Both the position numbers and the translations under genes were made by a program. A DNA stretch of 16,580 bases. It comes from Octopus sinensis (Eukaryota). The notes below the pieces were generated by a model. It did no database searches, was not told the origin of the DNA, and worked only from the letters and a program-made list of their open reading frames with translations. The stretch spans positions 1 to 16,580 of the forward strand of contig NW_021825130.1 in the NCBI RefSeq assembly GCF_006345805.1. Direction: 5' to 3'. Positions 7,780 through 16,580 of the stretch are shown here, piece by piece (the stretch's first letter is position 1; each line of letters opens with the position of its first letter).

Positions 7780-9923
7780 GCCATCAGTTGCACCGCTTCT
7801 GATTCTGCTGCTGTTGCTGCAGTCGCTGCTGCTGTTGCTGCTGTTCTGCTGCTGTTGCTGCTGTTCTGCTGCTGTTGCTGCTGTTCTGCTGCTGTTGCTG
7901 CTGTTCTGCTGCTGTTGCTGCTGTTGCTGCTGTTCTGCTGCTGTTGCTGCTGTTGCTGCTGTTCTGCTGCTGTTGCTGCTGTTGCTGCTGTTCTGCTGCG
8001 GTTGCTGCTGTTCTGCTGCTGTTGCTGCTGTTGCTGCTGTTGCTGCTGTTCTGCTGCTGTTGTTGCTGTTGCTGCTGTTCTGCTGCTGTTCTGCTGCTGT
8101 TGCTGCTGTTGCTGCTGTTCTGCTGCTGTTGTTGCTGTTGCTGCTGTTCTGCTGCTGTTCTGCTGCTGTTGCTGCTGTTCTTCTGCTGTTGCTGCTGTTC
8201 TGCTGCTGTTGCTGCTGTTCTGCTGCTGTTCTGCTGCTGTTGCTGCTGTTCTACTGCTGTTCTACTGCTGTTCTGCTGCTGTTGCTGCTGTTCTGCTGCT
8301 GTTGCTGCTGTTCAGATTTCGCCAACTGTTGTTGCTGCTGCTGTTCCTATTTGTTATTGTTGCTGCTGTTGAGTGTAGCTTGCTGGCGGTGCTGCCGTTG
8401 AGGTGGTGATTGCTGTTGCTGCTGTTTTTTGTTGCTGCTGCTGCCCCCTTGCATTACTGCTACTGATGTTGCATTGCAGCTGGTGGTGGTTTTTGTTGCT
8501 GCTGCTGTTGTTGCATTGCTGCTGCAATTGTTTTGTTGCTGCTATTGGGTCTGCTGTTGCATTGCTGCTGGGTTCTTTTGCTGCTGCTGCTGTTGTTGTT
8601 TCTGTTGCTGCTGTTGCTGCATTGCTGCTGTTACTGTCACTGCTGCTTCTGCTGTTGCTGCTTTTATGGTTGTTGCTGCTGCTGTTATTGCTGCAGCTGC
8701 TGCTACTGTTGATGCGACAACTTTTGCTGCTGCTGCTGCTGTTGTGATGCTGCTGCTTTTGTTACTACTGATGCTTCTGCTTCTGCTGCTGCTGGTGCTG
8801 GTGCTACTTCTGCAACTGTTGTTGCTGCTATTACTACTGCTGCTATTACTACTGCTGCTACTGCTGCTGCTGTTACTGCTACCGCTGCCGGTGATATTTC
8901 TTTTGGCACCGTTGTCGTTTGTTACTATATGTGTTGTTGCTATTGTTGATTGTATTGTGGTTATTGTTGTTGTTGTTATGGCTATTGTTATTGTTGTGGT
9001 GATGGTAGTGATCATTGTTGTTGCTATTGTTTTTGCTGCTGTTTTCATTTCTGTTGCTAATTGTTGTTACTACTGCTATTGTTGCTCCCATTATTCTGGC
9101 TGATATTGCAGTCGCAATCGTTGTTGCTGCTGGAGTTATTGCTGTTGTTGCTATTGTAGTTATTATTATTTCTATTGTTGCTATTCTAGCTATTGTTATT
9201 GCTATTATTCTTGTTCTTTCTATTGTTGACGTTGCTATCGCCGTTATTGCTGGAGTTGTTGCTATTGTTATTGCTATTATTCGTGTTCTTTCCATTGTTG
9301 CTGTTGCTATCGCCGTTATGGCTCCAGTTATTGCGGTTGCTATCGCTGTTTTAGTTGGAGTTGTTGCTATTGTTATTGCTATTATTCGTGTTCTTCCTGT
9401 TGTTGTTGCTGTTACTATCGCCGTTGTTGCTGAAGTTGTTGCTATTGTTGCTATTGTTATTGCTATTATTCATGTTCTTTCTGTTGTTGTTGCTGTTGTT
9501 GTTGTTGTTGCTGCTGCTGCTGCTATCGCCGTTGTTGCTCCAGTTATTGTGACTGATATTGCTGTTGCTATCGCTGTGGTAGCTGGAGTTGTTGCTAGTG
9601 ATGCTATTGTAGTTTCTGTTATAGCTATTATTGTTGTTCTTGTTGCTATCGTTGTTGTTGCTCCCGTTAGTGCTGTTGTTATTGCTGCCATAACTGTTGC
9701 TATTGTTATTGCAGTAATTTTTGTAATGGCTATTGTTGCTATTGTTGTCGTTGTTGGCGTTGTTACTGCTTTTGCTCTTCTTATTGTTGCTGCAGATGTT
9801 GCTGTTGATATTGTTGTTGTTATCGTTGTTGCTGTCACTGTTATTGCTACTGTTGCTTCTGTTGTTGCCATAGCAATGGTAGATGTTGCTGTTATTGTTA
9901 TAGATAATGATGATGATGATCAC

Positions 9924-9959
<36 letters not shown>

Positions 9960-10345
9960 AATGATGATGATGATGTTGATGATCACGATGATGATGATGA
10001 TGATGAGGATGAATGATGATGATGGTGAAGATGATGAATGATGAATGATGATGGCGATGATGATGAGGATGAGGAGGATGAGGAGGAGGATAACGACGAT
10101 GATGATGATCGAAATGATGATGGTGGGGATGATGATGATGACGATGATAATGAAGACGATGATGATGATGATGATGACGACGATGACGACGACGACGACG
10201 ATGACGACGATGATGGTGGTGATGATGATGATGATAATATCTGTAATTTATCAACGCCGTCGCTGCCGCCACACACCCTTTCTACGGCCGCTGTTGCTTC
10301 TGTTGCTGCTGCTGTTGCTGGTGCTGCTGCTGTTGACATTACTGC
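7780..10345. repeat. 2.6 kb compound degenerate trinucleotide domain: GCT/GTT, then GTT/ATT/GCT, then GAT/GAG/GAC, then GCT
   Basis: Direct reading; it accounts for all the poly-L/C/A/Q/D/S ORFs in the track. Confidence 0.95.
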
Positions 10346-10477
10346 TATGCCTGTTGTTTACCTATCGGTGACAGTTTCACAACAATCGTAATAGTATCTT
10401 CCATAGATTTATATTTTTTATTTTTGCTACGTTTTTTTACTATTTTCTTTTTTCTGTTGTTTATCATGCTCATGCTT

Positions 10478-10508
10478 GTGTGTGTGTGAGTGTGTGTCTG
10501 TGTGTGTG

Positions 10509-10539
<31 letters not shown>

Positions 10540-10888
10540 GTGACAAAGAGACGTTCCGTTGTCGTTGTCATTGGTAACAATTCTGAGATTGTCATCCTCT
10601 TCGTCCACTCCACGCTTCCCAATACACACACACACACACATACACGCGCACGCACGCATACAAATAGACGCGCCTGCGCGCACACCCACACCCACATACA
10701 CACACACCCACATACGCACACACACGTGCACACACACACACGTGAACATATATACACATGATACTCACGCATTTTCCGTACTCACTCCAGTGTAAGTCGC
10801 TGCCCAGCAACGGTTTGATATTTACTCGTACTCTCTCTGTCCTTCTGTCTCTCTGCCTCAGTGTCGCTCTCTCCCTTTTTTCTTTCTC

Positions 10889-10919
<31 letters not shown>

Positions 10920-11222
10920 CTTTTTCTCTCTTTCTCTCTCACTCTTTCCTCTTTCTCTTTTTCTCTTGACTATGTATACAAACACACACACACACACACA
11001 CATACACACACACACGCACATAGATGCACGCACGCATGCAGCACTTTCTCTCATATATGTATACACACAGACACACGTACAAATGCATTATGTATATATA
11101 TGTGTGTATGTATGTACGTATGTATGCATGCATGTATGTATGTATGTATGTATGTATGTATGCATGTATGTATGTATGAATGTATGTATACATTTTTGTG
11201 CGCGTATGTACATACATACGTA

Positions 11223-11266
<44 letters not shown>

Positions 11267-11410
11267 ATATGTATATATATATATGTATATGTATGTATGC
11301 ATACATGTATTATATGGTTGTGTATGTATGTATATGAATGTATGTATATATTTCTTTATTTGAATGTATGTATGTATGTATGTATGTATGCATGTATGTA
11401 TATATGTATG
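10478..11410. repeat. Cluster of (TG), (TGTC), (CA), (CT)/(TTTC), (TATG) and (TA) microsatellites
   Basis: Direct reading. Confidence 0.95.
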
Positions 11411-11593
11411 TGAAGCTGGGGGATGCTTTATCACGCCGAACCTTTCATTGTTTACAACTAAGTACGCCATGATAGCAATGACGACCGTATATTTCAAAAT
11501 ACCAGAAATTCACGTCTGTACTTGTGGTCATGTCATGTCACGTAAGGTTATTTTACTGCAGGCACGCGCGCTCGCGTATGTGCGTGCGTGTGT

Positions 11594-11815
11594 GAAACCT
11601 TCTCGCGTTGTTAGGTACAGAAAGCAGCGAACTTTCGTTATCGTTGTGGTTCTACCGCAGTTCTCTCTTCTTCTGTCCAAGTGCTCTTCGTGCGTTTGAG
11701 TTCTTCCTGGAATGTCCGACGTCAGATGTGCCTTGGACAGTCCTTTTTTCCCATTGACACTTATAAATTTCCTTGTGCAAAAGTCGAGAACAATAGGAAA
11801 GGCGCTTATAGAAAA
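11594..11815 (-). pseudogene. Decayed 3' end of an RTE-clade LINE ORF
   Basis: Minus strand reads RLSYCSRLLHKEIYKC, then a frameshift, then MGKKDCPRHI*RRTFQEELKRTKSTWTEEERTAVEPQR*RKFAAFCT*. This matches the remembered RTE C-terminal pattern GKRxRGRPRxTWRRT...W.E..A.DR.RWR...ALC, with both Trp codons mutated to stops. Confidence 0.75.
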
Positions 11816-11870
11816 ATTCGCATTAGGTTTTGAATAGTACCTTAGAATCTAGGAAGTTATTCGTTACATA

Positions 11871-12044
11871 CGAGGAAGTGCTGAAAACTTCCTGACTTTA
11901 AGAGTATCGCGAAAGGCTTGAATCTTCTGAGTTCTTTTACAGGGCTTAGAAAAGCTGTATAAGACCATTGCAATAACTGTGTTATTCTGAGATGGGAATA
12001 CGTGAAATAGACACCATAATAAACTGATCCTCCTGTATTTTCTT
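11871..12044 (+). mobile_element. Internally deleted mariner remnant
   Basis: TA|CGAGGAAGTGCTGAAAACTTCCTG is a mariner-like TIR. Bases 11936-12010 translate FTGLRKAV*DHCNNCVILRWEYVK*, like the mariner C-terminus GIRKLVERWEKCV.L.G.YVE. No intact right TIR. Confidence 0.75.
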
Positions 12045-12164
12045 ACACGTGTTGCAAAAAAGGAGAGACGGTCAGCAGTCCCCTTTGACAAGGACGGAAG
12101 AGCTCAATCAATCTTTTTAACACATATGGGCATTGCTCTCTACTTTAGAGCAACCTATTTTTAA

Positions 12165-12482
12165 GGCGGCGAGTTGGTAAAAACGTTAGCACGCCGGGCG
12201 AAATGCGTAGCCGTATTTCGTCTGCCGTTACGTTCTGAGTTCAAATTCCGCCGAGGTCGACTTTGCCTTTCATCCTTTCGGGGCCGATAAATTAAGTACC
12301 AGTTACGCACTGGGGTCGATGTAATCGACTTAATCTGTTTGTCTGTCCTTATTTGTACCCTCTGTGGGTAGCCCCTTGTGGGCAGTAAAGAAATAGGTAT
12401 TTCGTCTGTCTTTATATTTAACGGCGGTGCTCCAGCATGGCCACAGTCAAATGACTGAAAGAAGTAAAAGAGTAAAAGAGTA
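12165..12482 (+). mobile_element. SINE family M with tail Z
   Basis: Head GGCGGCGAGTTGG, B box GAGTTCAAATTCC, one 184-bp unit (12213-12396), restart of a second unit at 12397, then tail GGCGGTGCTCCAGCATGGCCACAGTCAAATGACTGAAA shared with family K. Confidence 0.92.
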
Positions 12483-12554
12483 TACATATATACACACATG
12501 CATACATACACACACACACATATGTGTGTGTGTGTTTGTGTGAGTAGACACACG

Positions 12555-12621
<67 letters not shown>
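12483..12621. repeat. (CA)/(TG)/(TA) microsatellites
   Basis: Direct reading. Confidence 0.95.
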
Positions 12622-12622
<1 letters not shown>

Positions 12623-13011
12623 GGTGCAGGATTGGCTATGTCGTAAGTAGCTTACTTGCCAACCACATGGTTCTGGGTTCAGTCCTACTGCGTGACACCT
12701 TGAGCAAGTGTCCTGTACAATAGTCTCGGGCCGACCAAAGCCTTGTGAGTGGATTTGGTAGATGGAAACTGAAAGAAGCGCGACGTATATATGCATATGT
12801 TTGTGTATGTGTGTGTGTATGTCCCCCTACCATCGCTTGACAACGGATGTTGGTGTGTTTACGTCCCCGTAACTTAGCAGTTCGGCAAAAGAGACGAATA
12901 GAATAAGTACTAGGCTTACAAGGAATAAGTCCTAGGGTCGATTTGTTTGACCTTAAGGTGGTGCTCCAGCATAGCCGCAATAAAATGACTGAAACAAATA
13001 AAAGAATAAAA

Positions 13012-13012
<1 letters not shown>
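12623..13012 (+). mobile_element. SINE family K, full length
   Basis: A-box-like TTGGCTATGTCG, B box GGGTTCAGTCC, CCTTGAGCAAGTG box, tail Z; lies between (TA)n tracts. Confidence 0.93.
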
Positions 13013-13060
<48 letters not shown>

Positions 13061-13272
13061 TATATATATATATATGTATATATATATACACCACATGTAT
13101 ATTATGCATGCATGCTTATATAAAGTATATAACACATATACATACACATACATATGTATACAAACATTATACTACTACTACTATTACTACTACACTACCA
13201 CCACCACCACCACCACCACCGCCACTACTACTACCACAATCACTAACACCACCACTCCTACTACTACTATAC
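13013..13272. repeat. (TA), (ACT) and (ACC) microsatellites
   Basis: Direct reading. Confidence 0.93.
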
Positions 13273-13375
13273 GTGTTGCTTTTTCTGCTGTACTCTTATA
13301 GTTTCCCGCCATAATACTACGCCATAGATTAACCTCTTTTTTTATTTGGCACGTGGCCAACATTGCGTGTCTGCT

Positions 13376-13444
13376 ATCTTTTATCTTTTATGTTCTGCTT
13401 GTTTCAGTCATTAGACTGCAGCCATGCTGGGGCAAATCGACCCA
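13376..13444 (-). mobile_element. Isolated SINE tail Z fragment
   Basis: Reverse complement GGGTCGATTTGCCCCAGCATGGCTGCAGTCTAATGACTGAAACAAG matches 12935-13000 with an internal deletion. Confidence 0.8.
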
Positions 13445-13456
13445 AGTTTTCAGTGT

Positions 13457-13820
13457 GAGTGGGGCACAAACACACACACACATACATACATGCATGCATG
13501 CATGCATACATACATACATACATACATACATACATACATACAAATACACATGCATATATACATACACATACATACATACATACATACATACAAATATACA
13601 TGCATACATACATGCATGCATACATGCATACATACATACATTCATACATAGATACATACATACATACATACTTTCATACATACATATATATACATGCATA
13701 CATACATACATGCATGCATGCATGCATGCATACAACATACATACATACATACATACATACATACATACATACATACATACATGCATGCATACATGCATAC
13801 ATACATGCATACATACATGC
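13457..13820. repeat. (CATA)/(CATG) microsatellite
   Basis: Direct reading. Confidence 0.96.
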
Positions 13821-13929
13821 ATACATGCATACGTACATACAAAAATACCCTGTTGTTGATATTGAAATTCCTTGGATCAAGGTTAGAAATCGAATCTTTC
13901 TCAATTGGCAAGAAATCTTGAAATAAAAC

Positions 13930-14045
13930 ATACATATGTATATATATATGTGTGTGTGGTGTGTGTGTGTGGTGTGTGTGTGTGTGTGTGTGTGTGTATT
14001 ATAAATCTACACAGACATAATATAATATAACACACACACACACAT
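13930..14045. repeat. (TG)n and (CA)n tracts
   Basis: Direct reading. Confidence 0.93.
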
Positions 14046-14180
14046 ATGGTAAAATAGAATTACGTTGAGGATTATTTTCCCAACGTGCTGAGTTGTGGTG
14101 ACAAGATATATAATAAAAGAAGGAAAATGCACACAATTTATATATTTTTAATATATTTTAAAGGATAGAATATAATAATA

Positions 14181-14212
14181 GTCGACCGGTTTCACGTTTT
14201 GCTAATCATGAC
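14181..14212 (-). ncRNA. Minimal type-I hammerhead-like motif with variant core (Penelope-like remnant)
   Basis: Minus strand GTC-ATGATTA-GCAAAACGT-GAA-ACCGGT-C-GAC: 3-bp stem I (GTC/GAC), weak 2-bp stem II, palindromic stem III, GTC triplet. Confidence 0.5.
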
Positions 14213-14584
14213 ATCGAAATTTATGAAAATATTGCAATTTCTTATTATCTTAAGAAGCTATTAGCCCATGTTGCTTGTATTCAATATATGATGTGTGTAT
14301 TTGTATGTTTGTGTGTGCACGTGCACGTGTGTAATTGTAAGATCAAAGGATCATAGTGTAGGAAGTTAATAAGCTTCATGCAGTCCGTAGTAGGTATGAA
14401 AAAAAAACAACTTTCAGGAACAATAATAGTTTATTGACGTAGAAGGTTGTAGGCGTTTCCATATCGAAGTTCAATTCGCTGAAAAGAGTTTGTTTTTATA
14501 GTTCACGGTTAGCAACTAGGTTTACTATGAATGAGAACAAAATCCTAAATTTAAGGAATAGAGAAGGTAAAATCTACGCTACAC

Positions 14585-14910
14585 ATGTTTCGTAACCAGC
14601 AGACCCTCGGAAGTGATAATTACTCAACGAGGAGGACTCCGCTAGCTACTCATCTGGCCGAAGATACCTTAGTTATATGAAGGTTTCATTGTTGTTAAGG
14701 AACCCCAAGTTAACTCACCGAAGATATAATTTAAAAATTAAATTAAATTTAATTTAATTTAATTGAAAATTTTAAATTATTTCTCCGGCGAGTTAAACTG
14801 AGATTCCTTAACGGTAATATAACTAAAGTATCTTCGGTTTGATAAGTTGCTAGTGAAATACCCTTCCTTCCGTAATTATTACTTCCAAGGATCTGCTAGT
14901 TAGGAAACAT
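14585..14910. mobile_element. Long palindromic fold-back element / MITE
   Basis: 14585-14678 aligns without gaps to the reverse complement of 14817-14910 (74/94 by hand count). A second block matches 36/43. A perfect 24-bp AT palindrome (14736-14759) lies at the centre. Confidence 0.9.
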
Positions 14911-14962
14911 ATATAGGTTGGGTTTTTAACAGCTCCATTCCCTCAATCTGGATATATATATA

Positions 14963-15269
14963 TATCACGTGATAACGTGACCGACCAGACCATCAGATGT
15001 TGTTACACATCGCTGGTCACAATGCATTCGCATTGTTTTAGCCTTCAAATGACGCCACTCCGCTGGCTAAGCGAGCAGGCCAATAGAAGAAAGAGTGAGA
15101 GAAAGTTGTGGCGAAAGAGTACAGCAGGGATCGCCACCACCCCTGCCAGAGCCTCGTGGAGCTTTAGGTGTTTTCGCTCAATAAACACTCACAACGCCCA
15201 GTCTGGGAATCGAAACCGCGATCGTACGACCGTGAGTCCGCTGCCCGAACCACTGGGCCATTGCGCCTC

Positions 15270-15272
<3 letters not shown>
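14963..15272 (-). mobile_element. tRNA-derived SINE, head R + tail Y
   Basis: 15086-15272 is nearly identical to 263-450, including the A and B boxes; 14963-15085 is unrelated to 65-262. Confidence 0.9.
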
Positions 15273-15314
<42 letters not shown>

Positions 15315-15362
15315 TATATAAGCATTAATAAATCTCCAAACGCATATATACTGTATGTATAT

Positions 15363-15408
<46 letters not shown>
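15273..15408. repeat. (CA)/(TA) microsatellites
   Basis: Direct reading. Confidence 0.93.
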
Positions 15409-15409
<1 letters not shown>

Positions 15410-15922
15410 GGGTAGAATTGATGTTAATCAATTAAAACCAGTGGCTTAGCATATTTTAAAAATACGAAGATTAAAAATTGTGTTACATACAAAATTAAGA
15501 GGAATGACCACTAAAGTGGACACCTGATATGCTAAACATAGACGTCAAATCGCCATTACCACGAAGATTGTGTTCCCAAGAAAAATCTCAGCAAAACGCC
15601 AAAATGTAAAGATGAGCAAGACAAATGAAAATATACGAAATAAAAAACGATTACCTACGTACCGATGGTTTCACTTGTTAATATTGACGTATGCAAACAC
15701 GCAGATATCTCTAACCGGTAAATTGGCTGCTGAAATTTATTAACTGCAGAGTGATTTCCGGTCTCAGCGCGCCAAAGTGAAGACGTTTGAAAAATACACC
15801 TAAATATAATTTGTAGAACTTTATACATACTCGATTTCGGTTGAGCGCTCAGTATCTAGTTTGGAAATTACGTTTTGTAAGCGACAGACTACGCTGACGT
15901 TCTTGCAGATATCTGCGTTTTT
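15409..15922 (-). mobile_element. Unclassified element between (TA)n tracts, possibly Penelope-related
   Basis: Complex sequence with sharp (TA)n boundaries. Contains a decayed hammerhead-like motif at 15656-15692, and its minus-strand end (AATTCTACCCT|ATA) resembles the end of the element carrying 14181-14212 (AATTCTATTTTACC|ATA). Confidence 0.35.
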
Positions 15923-16214
15923 CCATATGTATATATATATATATATATATGCATGTTTACTTTCCCATTGTTAATGCTTTTCCCCATAGATAAGCATAAA
16001 TGTAATTCTTTTCCCAAATAAATTGTACATCATATTTGTGGATCCGATGAAGCTATAAGGTGTTACTCAGGCACTCAGCTATAAGTCTGCTGCATCTTAT
16101 AGCAGAAACGGCTGTAAGCTAATGAAGTTCATAGGATAATTGTTTATTTCCTTGTCATCTCATTTTCTGTTACATGTATATATAAGATATGATATATAAA
16201 ATTATATGTATATA

Positions 16215-16348
16215 CGAGGTGGTACTCAAAGGAACCCGGAATTTTGCAATATTTTCCATATCCATCAACGTAAACCTTCTCACTCGTAACTCCTGTTTGT
16301 TCTGAAAATGAGATATTAGATCATACATTTTTTGAAGTTAAAAAAATC
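16215..16348 (+). mobile_element. Mariner-like terminal fragment
   Basis: TA|CGAGGTGGTACTCAAAGGAACCCGGAATT resembles CGAGG-type mariner TIRs; the partner end is not in the window. Confidence 0.5.
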
Positions 16349-16350
16349 TA

Positions 16351-16580
16351 TTGGGTTGTCCGGAAAGTTCGTGCCGATTTATAGTAGCTTACCTTTCGAC
16401 TTATTTTACAACATGGTTGAGTCCATAAAATAGAATTTGACTACACCTCCATTTAGAGCACAGTTTAAGCTATCTTTTTGTGGAAGAAGGTTTATGTTCC
16501 TATAACCTGTGTTAATTTTGTAACCCTCTAAAATGGAAAATAAGAAAGTTCATTTTCGGCACTTGATGCTTTGGGAACCA
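16351..16580 (+). mobile_element. Mariner transposon left end (mellifera-like), continuing past the window edge
   Basis: TA|TTGGGTTGTCCGGAAAGTTCGTGCCGATTT resembles remembered mellifera-subfamily TIRs (TTGGGTTGGCAACTAAGTAATTGCGGATTT); an ATG follows 182 bp after the element start. Confidence 0.88.
16533..16580 (+). CDS. Mariner transposase N-terminus, partial; intactness unknown
   Basis: MENKKVHFRHLMLWEP resembles the remembered mellifera-type start MENQKEHFRHILLFYF; only 16 codons are visible. Confidence 0.7.
   Translation, partial: MENKKVHFRHLMLWEP

Noticed and set aside
7800-8335. Antifreeze glycoprotein-like (Thr-Ala-Ala)n gene
   Set aside because: Frame is repeatedly broken by 11-nt units; no signal peptide exon or spacer structure is visible.
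9015-10016. Membrane protein with an acidic tail (333 aa)
   Set aside because: Non-ATG start inside a repeat, ~800 bp of uninterrupted Val/Ala/Ile with no loops, and the tail is a (GAT)n microsatellite.
6766-13935. Many long ORFs (poly IYLS, YIHT, CVCV, L/C/A, Q, D, S)
   Set aside because: They are translations of microsatellites whose motifs cannot generate stops; no splice structure or domain similarity.
14585-14910. Retro-copied ADAR-edited hairpin as the cause of arm asymmetry
   Set aside because: Editing of one transcript would give A-to-G changes in both arms on one strand; the observed left-arm G and C excess needs both strands.

Overview
Animal non-coding DNA (intron or intergenic). 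It is most likely from an octopus or other coleoid cephalopod; I infer this from recalled octopus tRNA-SINE families and the extreme microsatellite load, and have not verified it by search. No host protein-coding gene, true tRNA gene or CRISPR array is supported, and nearly every ORF in the six-frame track is a microsatellite artefact. The window is a mosaic of repeats: about ten copies or fragments of tRNA-derived SINEs built from shared head, body and tail modules; a hAT-type MITE with a nested SINE; two almost fully palindromic TA-flanked fold-back elements; three mariner remnants, including the left end and transposase start of a mellifera-like mariner at the right edge; a decayed RTE LINE 3' end; a recurrent microsatellite-flanked repeat; and a 2.6 kb degenerate trinucleotide domain. 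The most unusual signal is two independent minimal type-I hammerhead-like motifs of Penelope-like architecture (palindromic ACCGGT stem III). Both carry a non-canonical ATGATTA core, an A3-U8 swap of the conserved C3-G8 pair. A third, decayed relative is also present.
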